DNA from: a candidate division FCPU426 bacterium
GTDB taxonomy: Bacteria > Oederibacteriota > Muellerivitia > Muellerivitales > Muellerivitaceae
DNA length: 64,000 nucleotides
NCBI GenBank assembly: GCA_963738405.1
Contig: CAVTWJ010000009.1
Span: 64,001-128,000, forward strand
Reading direction: 5' to 3'
Below are positions 9,547 to 19,221 of this stretch, one piece after another (the first letter of the stretch is position 1; each line of letters starts with the position of its first letter). The position numbers and the translations under genes are program-made. The notes below the pieces were generated by a model that saw only the letters and a list, made by a program, of their open reading frames with translations, did not search any database and was not told the DNA's origin.

Positions 9547-10644
9547 ATGGGCTTTATCAAAAGTATTGGTTTGGTTGTTATTTCGGTTTTTCCGATTTTG
9601 GTGGGGTTCCTTTTTATCTCTTCCACGGGGGGCTGCGGGGACAAGTCCGCCACAGCTCCCGTCACGGTGACCCAGGTTGCCTATGCCACCCCTCCGCCCA
9701 ATACCTTAGCGGGACGGGATTGGAACTACGCCACCCTCTCCGCCCCATTTGGCTACAAACTCGATGGTGCCAGCGTGACCTATAACGGTCTCATTTGGGA
9801 AATCGCGGGAGGAGTCTATGGGTTCTCAAACGATGTCTGGTCCTCGGCGGATGGGATCAATTGGACTTCCGTTCTGGCAAGTAACGCCTCGCCTGGCCCC
9901 AACCAATTTCCCCCACGGCAGGCCCTCAGCTGCCTGGTTTATAACGGAAAGATGTGGGTCATTGGCGGGGGGAATACTTCCTACCTCAACGATGTCTGGT
10001 CCTCGATCGATGGAATGACCTGGACCCAGGTATTGGCCAACAACAACTCACCCGGGCCCAACCAGTTTGCTCAGAGGAAGGGCCAAACCTGCCTGGTCTA
10101 CAACAATAAAATGTGGGTCATCGGAGGGTATACCACCGCCAATCCCTTTAATGATGTCTGGTCTTCCAGCGATGGAGTGACATGGACCAAGGTACTTGCG
10201 GACACCGCTTCGCCTACTTCGAGCCAGTTTTCCCGGCGCTCGGGCGCCACCGGCCTGTCCTACAACGGATCCATGTGGTTGATCTCGGGGCAAACCGCGG
10301 GAGGTATATCCAACGATGTCTGGTCCTCGACCGATGGAATAACCTGGACCCCGGTATTGGCCAACAACAACTCACCCGGGCCGAGCCAATTTCCCCAAAG
10401 GTCCTATCAAACAAGCGTTGTTTATGGAAATGCCATGTGGGTCATCGGCGGATATGACTTAAACGGCCTCAACGATGTTTGGTATTCGACGAATGGACAA
10501 TACTGGACCGAGATGACGGCTTCCGCGGCTTTTCCGGGCCGTTATGGAGCTACCAGTGTGGTTTTTAACAACCGCCTCTGGCTGATCGGTGGAACCTATA
10601 ACTCATCTATTTTCTATAGCGACGTGTGGTACAGCCCATTTTAA
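9547..10644 (+). CDS. Kelch/Asp-box beta-propeller lipoprotein
   Basis: Lipobox-like TGGC; six repeats VYNxxMWVIGG...NDVWSSxDGxxW; RBS GGAGGGGAG before ATG 9547. Confidence 0.85.
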   Translation: MGFIKSIGLVVISVFPILVGFLFISSTGGCGDKSATAPVTVTQVAYATPPPNTLAGRDWNYATLSAPFGYKLDGASVTYNGLIWEIAGGVYGFSNDVWSSADGINWTSVLASNASPGPNQFPPRQALSCLVYNGKMWVIGGGNTSYLNDVWSSIDGMTWTQVLANNNSPGPNQFAQRKGQTCLVYNNKMWVIGGYTTANPFNDVWSSSDGVTWTKVLADTASPTSSQFSRRSGATGLSYNGSMWLISGQTAGGISNDVWSSTDGITWTPVLANNNSPGPSQFPQRSYQTSVVYGNAMWVIGGYDLNGLNDVWYSTNGQYWTEMTASAAFPGRYGATSVVFNNRLWLIGGTYNSSIFYSDVWYSPF

Positions 10645-10667
10645 ATTAAAAAAACAGGAGGGATCGG

Positions 10668-11674
10668 ATGATCCAACGAATATTATTTTTGATGGGCTTG
10701 ATGCCCCTGGCCTTTTTCCACATGGCCTGTGGAAATCCCCCTGCGGGGCCGGTCACCAACAACACCAATAATTACGGCCTGACCCCGGTACCCACCTGGA
10801 ATCCCGCCATCGGGGCCAATTGGTACGAAGCCACGTCGGCGGCCGATTGGTCGGCCCGTAACGGCCACAAGGCCGTGGTCTACAACAACAAGATCTGGAT
10901 TACCGGCGGATATACGTCCGACTACACCAACGAGGTTTGGTCTTCCGCCGACGGTGTCCATTGGACCCAAACTGCCGGCGGTTCCATGGGCGTGACCTTT
11001 CCCGTGCGATACGAGCACTCTAGCGTGGTCTTCAACAACAAAATGTACGTGATCGGGGGGCGGGGACCGTCTTCCTCAACGACACCTGGTCATCTTCCGA
11101 TGGCGTCACTTGGGCTGCCTCGGCCAGCGGGGGAGCCACCTTCTCGCCGCGGTACGGACATTCCAGCGTTGTTTTCAACAACAGGATTTGGGTGATCGGG
11201 GGGAACGACGGGAGCTACAAGAACGACGTCTGGTCCTCTTCCGACGGGGTCAGCTGGATCCTTGCCACGGCCAGCGCGGATTTCGCGCCCCGGGAATATT
11301 TCGCGGCTGTCACCTATAACAACGCCATGTGGGTGATCGGCGGGTACAACGGGACCTTTACCGACGACGTTTGGAATTCCACGGACGGGGCCCACTGGAC
11401 CCAGGTAACGGGAGCCGCCGAATTTTCCGCGAGAGACAGCTTCTCCGCCTTGGTCTACAACGGGGCCCTGTGGGTTATCGCCGGGCACCCTTTCAGCGGC
11501 GGGAACGCGAACGACGTTTGGTATACCACCGACGGCAACATCTGGACCAAAGCTACCTCGGCGGCGGGGTTCACCGGAAGGCTCGACCAAGCCTGCGAGG
11601 TATTCAACAACCACATGTGGATCATCGGCGGATACACCTCCACGGCGGTCAATGACGTTTGGTTTTCACCCTGA
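10668..11674 (+). pseudogene. Second Kelch/Asp-box propeller lipoprotein, split by a 1-nt frameshift in a G6 run at 11055-11060
   Basis: Lipobox HMAC; adding one G gives IGGAGTVFLNDTWSSSDGVTW and joins the frame of the 11192-11674 ORF, restoring six repeats. Could be an assembly error. Confidence 0.8.
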
Positions 11675-11727
11675 GGGATCACAAGCTCGGCATGCGGGAA
11701 ACATTTTATAAATTGGGGAGGTTCGTC

Positions 11728-12448
11728 ATGAAAAATAGCCTGAAAGCCGCTGTCCTCGGGATATTCCTTTTAGGCGGTGTGGCCGTTCTATGGATGCAAG
11801 GATGCGGTCCCTCACCCGTGGCCGCAACGAGCAACCCTACCCCCCACCCCGACCGTCGTCTTTAACTGGGCCTATCCGGAGATCTACACTACGAACAACT
11901 CCCCGAGCGCCTACATCCAGCTCCAGGTCAACGGGTCCCCGGTCACCAACGCCGCCGTGACGCTTTCCGGTTCCTTCGCCGGTGCGCCCGTGACGGCCGT
12001 CTACCAGTCCGCCATCACCCATTCGGGACAGGTATACGCGGATTACCAGTTCCAAACCTTCACCTATACGGCGGGGCAAACCTACATTATCAGCACGACG
12101 GCTCTGGGGTCGACCGCCGCGGTCACCGTCACCGCGCCCGGTAATGTCGTCCTCAGCCTGGACGCCAACGGGGCCGTGACCCTGGCCGATGCGGGCCTAC
12201 CGGGAGGCAAGGGGTTCGTGGTGGTCGAGGATAACCCGTATACCACGACGACCTTGAATCTTTCCAACCCCGCCTTCCCCGTGACCCTGGCCCCGCCCAC
12301 CAGCTCCGTTTATCCAGGCGGATCGGGAACGGTCTACGATGTGGATGTGCGGACGGAGCACGACAGCACGACCGCGACCAACGCGACCGTGGCCTACGGG
12401 TCCATCGAGTTATGGGAAGAGAAGGACCAGCCCGTCACGATTCCTTGA
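11728..12448 (+). pseudogene. Beta-rich secreted lipoprotein, split by a 1-nt frameshift in a C6 run at 11840-11845
   Basis: RBS GGGGAGG, MKNSLK...MQGC lipobox; removing one C gives NPTPTPTVVFNW and joins the 11777-12448 frame. Confidence 0.75.
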
Positions 12449-12656
12449 AGCTTATACTGCGTCCCTATTTCGCCCGAGTTTTACCGGGTTTCCCCTAAAC
12501 GGGATTGACGCTGAGTTGAGTCAACCGAACACGGCCTTTCAAGTTAAAAGCGACCAACCCTTCTCCCAAAACCCTTTCTGAACCCTGGCTCCTTGCGTAT
12601 GATCAATAGGCCCTAGGGTCCATTTTTTAGAAAAGCAGCCCTTTCCCACGCCCTCT

Positions 12657-13181
12657 TTGAAGAGGAATGAATTCATGCCTGTCCGACCAGCCTCTGAAAA
12701 AGACATCCAAGTCATTAGTGATATCTATGTAAAGACTTGGCTTTCTACCTATCGGGGCTTGGTGCCTGGTTCTTTCCTGAAAGCCGTAAATCCTATCAGC
12801 GCTGATAAAACTTTCCGGGAAAGTTTTATCTCCCAGGGTTATTCCTATTACGTTCTTCTGGCTGAAAGCTCCCAAGGTGAAATCATGGGCTATCTGGACG
12901 GGGGAGGAGACCGGGAAGACCCAAAGAAAAACCTAGGCGAGATATACGGGTTGTATGTTCAGGAAACATTTCAAGGTAAAGGAACCGGCTTGGAGCTTCT
13001 GCGACAAGCTTTTGATAAATTCCGGGTCTTAAAATTCCACAGCGTTCGTACTTGGGTCTTGCGGGAAGGGCCCTCCTGGGGTTTTTACGAGAAGGTTGGG
13101 GGGAAACTTCAAACTGAAACCAAACGACTCGCTATCGGGACCGATTCCATCAACTTGGTTTCCTATCGATGGGATCTTTGA
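12657..13181 (+). CDS. GNAT family N-acetyltransferase
   Basis: VRPASEKDI start, LYVQETFQGKGTG acetyl-CoA motif, FYEKVGG. Confidence 0.9.
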   Translation: MKRNEFMPVRPASEKDIQVISDIYVKTWLSTYRGLVPGSFLKAVNPISADKTFRESFISQGYSYYVLLAESSQGEIMGYLDGGGDREDPKKNLGEIYGLYVQETFQGKGTGLELLRQAFDKFRVLKFHSVRTWVLREGPSWGFYEKVGGKLQTETKRLAIGTDSINLVSYRWDL

Positions 13182-13288
13182 TACGGGCGACCTTTTGTTA
13201 GCTTCATTATGACCGCTGTCATAGCTTGGTCCCGCAAAGGATTTCACAATAGGGCCGTCACGCAGAACCAATCCCCAGGAGCTAACTT

Positions 13289-13897
13289 ATGACTGAAAAC
13301 AAACCCGAAAAACCTAGGATTCACCCTGCGGCCGCAGTGGTCATCGGCGCCCTTTGCGCTGCAGTCTTTATTTCCCTCGTAATGGTTTTCGTGAACCTGC
13401 AAGAAAAGACGATCGGTTATTGGGAAAAACCCAAGCTGGCCGAACCGCCCCAACTTCTGCCCAAAGCGACGCCCGTTCCCCCGGCGAAAATGCCGGAACC
13501 CAAACCAGTCGTGAACGTGGTGAAAACCGCTCCCGAGACCTTGGTCTGGCGGGGCTTCGCCGATGGTTTGACGGAAAGCCAAACGACGGGCAAGGCCCTG
13601 CTTTATTTCTTTACCGACGGTTCCAGCGCGCTTTGCCAAAAGGTCGTGTCCGATTTTTTCGCCGAAGGTCAAATCGCCGCCCGCATCAACCGGTCCTTCG
13701 TTCCCATTCGAGTGACCGACGAGATTAAATCGAAAGGGCACAACAGCGCCGAGGTGATGAATTTTGAGAACAAGTTCCAAGTCACGGGTTTTCCCGTGAT
13801 GGTGGTGCAGGTGCCGGGCCGCAAGGGTTATAAGAAACTGGTCAGCTACACCGATGCCGTCTCGGCCATGGACTTCCTAAACGATTCGATCAAATGA
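13289..13897 (+). CDS. Membrane-anchored thioredoxin-fold protein (SxxC instead of CxxC)
   Basis: N-terminal TM, Pro-rich linker, GKALLYFFTDGSSALC, VTGFP cis-Pro motif. Confidence 0.7.
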   Translation: MTENKPEKPRIHPAAAVVIGALCAAVFISLVMVFVNLQEKTIGYWEKPKLAEPPQLLPKATPVPPAKMPEPKPVVNVVKTAPETLVWRGFADGLTESQTTGKALLYFFTDGSSALCQKVVSDFFAEGQIAARINRSFVPIRVTDEIKSKGHNSAEVMNFENKFQVTGFPVMVVQVPGRKGYKKLVSYTDAVSAMDFLNDSIK

Positions 13898-14012
13898 GTT
13901 TCAGCTTCAACCCGCGTCAATAAAGCATCAATAAGTTTGTTTTCTACTTACATTCCCTCTGCACTGGCCCATAAGATGTGCCCACTTTTTATCCGCTGGA
14001 AGGAAACCGGGA

Positions 14013-15113
14013 ATGCCGCAGGCCACAAAACAGGGAACAGAAAATTACGCCGCCCGATTTCCTGAATATCAAAAGGCCGGTTTTTACTGCGATTTCATGG
14101 AAACTCGTGTTTCTTCCCTGGGGCTTGGCACCTATCTGGGGGAATTCTCCGACGAAGACGATCATCTCTATGTCGAGGCGATCAAAACAGCGCTCCTGTC
14201 CGGCATCAACCTCCTCGATTCGGCCATCAACTACCGTTGTATGCGCAGCGAGCGCAACATTGGAACGGCCATTAAGGAATTGAAAAAAGAAGGCAAGATC
14301 ACACGGGAAGAGGTGGTGGTCTGCACCAAGGGAGGGTTTATTCCCTTTGACGGCAGGCCCCCTGCCGACCCCGCGAAATATTTTCTGGAAGAATACATAA
14401 AACCGGGTATCTGCGGCTCCAAAGACATTGTGGCGGGCTGCCACTGCATGACACCTAATTATCTCCGCAACCAGGTAGAACGGTCTCTCTACAACCTGGG
14501 CCTTCAGACCATCGACCTTTTTCATGTCCACAATCCCGAGATGCAGTTGGATGAGGTTCCCCGGATTGATTTCTTGGACCGGCTGGAGCTGGCTTTCGAG
14601 GAATTGGAAAAATTGGTGAAGGAAGGAAAGATCCAAGCCTATGGCACCGCCACCTGGAACGGCTACCGGGCCCGGTCGGACCGGCAGGAATACCTGTCGC
14701 TTCACGACATCTTGCGCACGGCCGAAAGGGCGGCGGGAAACAGCCGCCACCATTTTCGGGCCATTCAACTGCCTTACAATTTAGGAATGCCGGAAGCCTT
14801 CATCCTGAAAAACCAACTTCTGGGGGACCAAACCCTTCCGGTTCTTCAGGCGGCACAGTCCAACGGTATAGCGGTCTTTACCAGCGCTTCCCTATTACAG
14901 GCCAAGCTGACCCGAAACCTTCCCACATCGGTTTTGGAAGCCTTTCCCGACCTTCCTACGGATGCCCAAAGGGCCATCCAGTTTGCGCGGTCCACTCCCG
15001 GTGTGACGGCGGCCTTGGTGGGCATGAAAAAGAAGGAACATGTTCGGGAAAACCTGGGCGTTGCCAAGGCCGTGACTACCCCTGAAGAAATTCTTCGAAA
15101 GCTTTTCAAATAA
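14013..15113 (+). CDS. Aldo/keto reductase
   Basis: LGLGT, DSAINY, CTKGG, IDLFHVHNP, QLPYN motifs. Confidence 0.92.
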   Translation: MPQATKQGTENYAARFPEYQKAGFYCDFMETRVSSLGLGTYLGEFSDEDDHLYVEAIKTALLSGINLLDSAINYRCMRSERNIGTAIKELKKEGKITREEVVVCTKGGFIPFDGRPPADPAKYFLEEYIKPGICGSKDIVAGCHCMTPNYLRNQVERSLYNLGLQTIDLFHVHNPEMQLDEVPRIDFLDRLELAFEELEKLVKEGKIQAYGTATWNGYRARSDRQEYLSLHDILRTAERAAGNSRHHFRAIQLPYNLGMPEAFILKNQLLGDQTLPVLQAAQSNGIAVFTSASLLQAKLTRNLPTSVLEAFPDLPTDAQRAIQFARSTPGVTAALVGMKKKEHVRENLGVAKAVTTPEEILRKLFK

Positions 15114-15115
15114 TC

Positions 15116-15772
15116 TTAGGCCCGGCTTCTGGTTTTTTGCTTGACCCCCGGGTCCAGCAATATTGACAGCAGCATCCCCGTAAAAAATCCCCCCACATGG
15201 GCCCAAAAGGCCACCCCGCCCTGGTTGACCGGCGAATAGGCGGCCAGGAAATATTGTTCCAAAAACCAGAAACCCACCACGAAGAATGCCCGGGCCGGTA
15301 TGGAAAAGATGGGGAAGATTAAAAAGAAAAACTGAAGGCGCATTTTTTGCCAAGGGAAGAAGATCATGTAGAGGGCGCAGATGCCGGAGATGGCCCCGGA
15401 GGCGCCGATCATGGGGATGGTGGAATGGGGGTTCACCGAATACTGAACCCAAGCCGCCCCGAAGCCGCTTAAAAGGTAGGCGATGATGTAGCGGAAGGTG
15501 CCCAGCCGGTCCTCCACCTTTTCCCCGAACACGTATAAAAAGTACATGTTGCCCAAAAGATGGACCAGCCCCGCGTGGAGGAACATGGAAGAAAGGATGT
15601 CCCTTAAGTAGGGGTGGGCGGGGATGAATCCATGATGCCAGACGTAAGCGTCAAAGTTGGGGAGCATCATGGATTTATAAAAGTAATAACAGTTCAGTCC
15701 GATGAGTATCCAATTGGCGAGGGGAAACCGCTTGGCGGGTTTTCCATCCTCGACGGGCAACACAAAAAACAT
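15116..15772 (-). CDS. Rhomboid intramembrane serine protease
   Basis: MFLHAGLVHLLGNM, GASG catalytic Ser, AHVGGF catalytic His. Confidence 0.93.
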   Translation of the reverse strand: MFFVLPVEDGKPAKRFPLANWILIGLNCYYFYKSMMLPNFDAYVWHHGFIPAHPYLRDILSSMFLHAGLVHLLGNMYFLYVFGEKVEDRLGTFRYIIAYLLSGFGAAWVQYSVNPHSTIPMIGASGAISGICALYMIFFPWQKMRLQFFFLIFPIFSIPARAFFVVGFWFLEQYFLAAYSPVNQGGVAFWAHVGGFFTGMLLSILLDPGVKQKTRSRA

Positions 15773-15775
15773 CGG

Positions 15776-16489
15776 CTACCTCACTTTTCTTTTTCCCTTG
15801 GCGCCCATGGAAAAAAACAGGAAAAGGACCAATCCTACGGCGGCCGCGCCCAAATGGGCGATCCAAGCCGTTCCCGCGGTGGGATGAATCGTCAGGAGCG
15901 GCCCGCAAACCTTGTTGAGGGATGGAAACATCTCCGACAGGCGGTACCAGGGCAAGAAGGCCATGGCGGCTTGAATCCCCACCCAGAGCACCATGGTGTA
16001 AATGGTCCGAGAGGGAAATTCCACCACCGGCGCCCCGAAGAAGGTGATGTACCACTTCATGCGCCCCCAGGGGTAATGAAGCAAATAGATGACCCCCAAG
16101 CCCGTTACGACCCGAGAGGCGCCCACAAAGGCCAGCACACCGTCCGGATGGATCAAACGCTGGGTGAATTCGCCCGCGATACCGCAGGCCAAGTAGGAAA
16201 AAAAATAACGCCCATGGCCCCATTCCTTTTCTACGCCCCTTCCAAAGATGAAAAGGAAGGTCAGGTTGGCCACCAGTTGGGCCCAACTGCTATGGATGAA
16301 GAGGCCCGTGACCAGGGTATAGGAAAGGTGCCGGGCGGGAATAAAACCGAACCGGTCCAGTATTTGAAGAAAATCCGGGCGTCCCAGGGTGATAAAGGCA
16401 ATGCCGATGTTCAACAGAATCATCAATGTATTGGAAAGGGGAAGCCGCTTGGGGGCGGGGGTGTCTTCGGTGAAGGTGATGAATAACAT
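15776..16489 (-). CDS. Divergent rhomboid-family protein
   Basis: LFIHSSWAQLVAN, GASR, AHLG; collinear with the neighbouring rhomboid. Confidence 0.8.
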   Translation of the reverse strand: MLFITFTEDTPAPKRLPLSNTLMILLNIGIAFITLGRPDFLQILDRFGFIPARHLSYTLVTGLFIHSSWAQLVANLTFLFIFGRGVEKEWGHGRYFFSYLACGIAGEFTQRLIHPDGVLAFVGASRVVTGLGVIYLLHYPWGRMKWYITFFGAPVVEFPSRTIYTMVLWVGIQAAMAFLPWYRLSEMFPSLNKVCGPLLTIHPTAGTAWIAHLGAAAVGLVLFLFFSMGAKGKRKVR

Positions 16490-16552
16490 GGAAATCCCAT
16501 GGAATGGATTGGCCTGTTAAAAGGCGAGCCGCATTATAAAAGCAAAGACGGG

Positions 16553-17695
16553 TTACTTCACCAGCGCCCCTTGGGCCAAAGGCGTCTCGGCCACGGAAAC
16601 CACCTGATTGGGTTTTCGGACCGGCACTTCCCAAACCCCAGGGATGGCCTTTTGGCATTGGGGGCAGGTTCCCCCCTTTTGCAGTAGATTCTTTTGAACC
16701 CGGTAGCCTGTTCTTTCCACCAATAAGGTTTCGCAGGAGGGGCAGTAGGTATTTTCGGTGGTTCCCACCTCGCCGGGCCGGTTGCCCGAATAGACAAAAT
16801 CCAATCCCGCCGCGCGGCCGATCTCGTAACTTAGGTTCAATTGGCTGGGCCCCGTTGGGGGCCTATCTTCCATTTTGTAATCGGGGTGGAAGGCCGTCAC
16901 GTGCCAGGGAATTTCCCTTGAGACGGAGGCGATAAAGCGGGCAATAGAGGAAAGCTCCTCCTCGCTATCGTTCAAGCCTGGAACCACCAGGGTCACCACC
17001 TCCACCCAGAAGCCCATGTTTTTTAGCCGTTCTAGGCTTTCCAAGACGGGTTTCAGGGTTCCGCCGAAGTGCTTGCGGTAGGTTGGGTCCTTGAAGCTTT
17101 TCAGGTCCACTTTATAAAGGTCGAGCCGGGGCCGAAGATATTCCAATACCTCGCGGGTGGCGTTGCCGTTGGAGACGAAAGAAGTTAAAAAGCCCCGGGT
17201 CCTAGCCAAATCAAATACCTGGGCGGCCCACTCGGCCGTGATGAGGGGTTCGTTATAGGTGGAAGTCACCACCCGGCATTCGTTTTGAAAGGCCAGGTCC
17301 ACGATCTCCCGGGCGGTTAGATCGGTCAGGGCGGAGGAGGCTTCGGCGCAGTCCGGGTCCCGCAGGGCCTGGCTGGTAAACCAGTTCTGGCAGTAATCGC
17401 AGCGGTAGTCGCATCCCAGCATGCCGAAAGAAAAGGCTCGGGAGCCGGGAAGAACATGGAAAAAAGGTTTTTTCTCGATCGGGTCCACCTGAAGGGCGCC
17501 GGTATAGCCGCTGGGAACCTTGAGGATGCCCGCCTCGTTGAAACGCACCTGGCAGACGCCCTTGCGCCCTAGGGGGATAGGGCAGCGGTGCCCGCAGGCG
17601 TAACAACGGACCTTGCCGTCCTCCAGTTTTTCGTAAAGCTCGCCTGGTACGGTGCGGGCCCCCAGCATTTTTTCCAGCGTGGTTTTCTCGCTCAT
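16553..17695 (-). CDS. amrS: AmmeMemoRadiSam system radical SAM enzyme
   Basis: CYACGHRC, DPIEKKPFFH, CDYRCDYCQNW (CxxxCxxC), TYNEP, C-terminal CxxC pairs. Confidence 0.9.
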   Translation of the reverse strand: MSEKTTLEKMLGARTVPGELYEKLEDGKVRCYACGHRCPIPLGRKGVCQVRFNEAGILKVPSGYTGALQVDPIEKKPFFHVLPGSRAFSFGMLGCDYRCDYCQNWFTSQALRDPDCAEASSALTDLTAREIVDLAFQNECRVVTSTYNEPLITAEWAAQVFDLARTRGFLTSFVSNGNATREVLEYLRPRLDLYKVDLKSFKDPTYRKHFGGTLKPVLESLERLKNMGFWVEVVTLVVPGLNDSEEELSSIARFIASVSREIPWHVTAFHPDYKMEDRPPTGPSQLNLSYEIGRAAGLDFVYSGNRPGEVGTTENTYCPSCETLLVERTGYRVQKNLLQKGGTCPQCQKAIPGVWEVPVRKPNQVVSVAETPLAQGALVK

Positions 17696-17786
17696 GGCCT
17701 CATTTTAGACCTGCCGGGTGTCAAAATTGGGCTCCCTCGGGCATAAAAAGACGTAAAATCATTTGCACTAAAGATTGAAGGAAAAC

Positions 17787-19202
17787 ATGTCCAAAGCTAA
17801 AGCCCGTAAGGCCGCACTCGGCATCCCCAAGGATGTCCCCAAACCCGTCCCCTCCTCCGCGAACGCCCGCAAGGGCCTGGAATGGCTGGACGCCCTCATT
17901 TTGTTGGAAGGCGTTTTCGGCGGTAAGTCGGGGAAGGCTTTTCGCAGGGTCTTGCGCTGGCTTTCCAGCAAAGAAGAGGAGGACCCGGCCAAGGGTTTTC
18001 GCCGATGGGGAAAATTTTGGAGGGAAGTTTTGGAGTTCGAGGAATTTGTCACCCACCCACGAATCGGGACCCTCCTGCAGGATTTCTGGCTGGAGCGGCT
18101 TTTGGAAGACGCCAACGCCTTTCACCGCAAGGCGGAACAATCTCCGCTATCGGGCATCAGCCCATCGCTTTACCAGGCCTATTTAAGGGAATTAGACCTA
18201 TACCTCAAGATTCTCAAGATCGATTGGGAAGGGGAGTTTTTGAAAAAGTCCGGCCTCTTGGGCCGGGCGGAAGCGCCCTCGCTTGAGGGCGTGAAGGAAA
18301 CCAAGAAAACCAAAGAGCTTACGGTCCCCACGGCCTCCCGCGCGGCTTTGAAGGATATTTTGCTTCGTGGCGCGGAGCCCATAAGGTCCAAAGTTGAATT
18401 GATCGCGGAACATTTTCAGGAGAACGGCTGGGGGCTCTTCGGGCGTTACCGGGCCTTTCGGTGGGAAGACCGGGGAACGGGCGGAAACCTAGTGGGCTTG
18501 GAATCCCTGGACCCTATCCGTCTCAACCAGTTGGTGGGCTATGGGGAACAGCGCCAGCCTTTGATTGATAATATCGAAGCCTTTGTCGCCGGTAAAACCG
18601 CCAACAACGTTTTGATTTACGGGGAAAGGGGAACGGGAAAGTCTTCCACGGTAAAGGCGCTGTTGAATGAATACGGGGATAAGGGGCTAAGGCTTGTGGA
18701 AGTTTCCCCGACGGACTTAAAGGAACTGCACGATATCCTTCCCCTGCTTCGGGGCAGGCGTGAAAAGTTCGTCCTCTTTGTGGACGATTTGTCTTTTGAG
18801 GAGAACGAGACATCTTACAAGGGCCTCAAGGCCATTCTGGAAGGAACACTGGAGCCGACACCCAAAAACGTCATCCTGATCGCCACTTCCAACCGGCGCC
18901 ATCTGGTGAAGGAATTCTTTTCCGACCGCACCGAAGGGGTTCAGAAGGATGGGGAAATTCATGGGGCGGATACGGTAGAGGAAAAACTTTCCCTCTCTGA
19001 CCGTTTCGGTCTGGTGATTTCGTTCTACTCACCCGATCAGGAAACCTATTTCAAAATGGTGGATAGTTGGGCGAAGGCCGAAGGCATCAAAATTCCGGTC
19101 GATCAATTACACCTAAAGGCCGCCCAATGGGAAAGAGCCAACAACAGCCGGTCGGGAAGAACGGCACGGCAGTTTATTAATGATCTGCAAGGGAGAATTT
19201 AG
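17787..19202 (+). CDS. DUF815-type AAA+ ATPase
   Basis: GERGTGKSS Walker A, FVDDLSFE, ATSNRRHL, EKLSLSDRFGL, RSGRTARQF. Confidence 0.88.
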   Translation: MSKAKARKAALGIPKDVPKPVPSSANARKGLEWLDALILLEGVFGGKSGKAFRRVLRWLSSKEEEDPAKGFRRWGKFWREVLEFEEFVTHPRIGTLLQDFWLERLLEDANAFHRKAEQSPLSGISPSLYQAYLRELDLYLKILKIDWEGEFLKKSGLLGRAEAPSLEGVKETKKTKELTVPTASRAALKDILLRGAEPIRSKVELIAEHFQENGWGLFGRYRAFRWEDRGTGGNLVGLESLDPIRLNQLVGYGEQRQPLIDNIEAFVAGKTANNVLIYGERGTGKSSTVKALLNEYGDKGLRLVEVSPTDLKELHDILPLLRGRREKFVLFVDDLSFEENETSYKGLKAILEGTLEPTPKNVILIATSNRRHLVKEFFSDRTEGVQKDGEIHGADTVEEKLSLSDRFGLVISFYSPDQETYFKMVDSWAKAEGIKIPVDQLHLKAAQWERANNSRSGRTARQFINDLQGRI

Positions 19203-19221
19203 ATGGTGGCTAGAACGGTCG

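Noticed and set aside
10021..10392. DGR template/variable repeat pair
   Set aside because: Both copies are coding blades, mismatches are not adenine-specific and no reverse transcriptase is present
12455..12530. Possible c-di-GMP-I riboswitch on minus strand (GGTAAA..GAAA..GGGACGCA)
   Set aside because: The stem around GAAA does not pair, the second stem is absent and it is antisense to both neighbours
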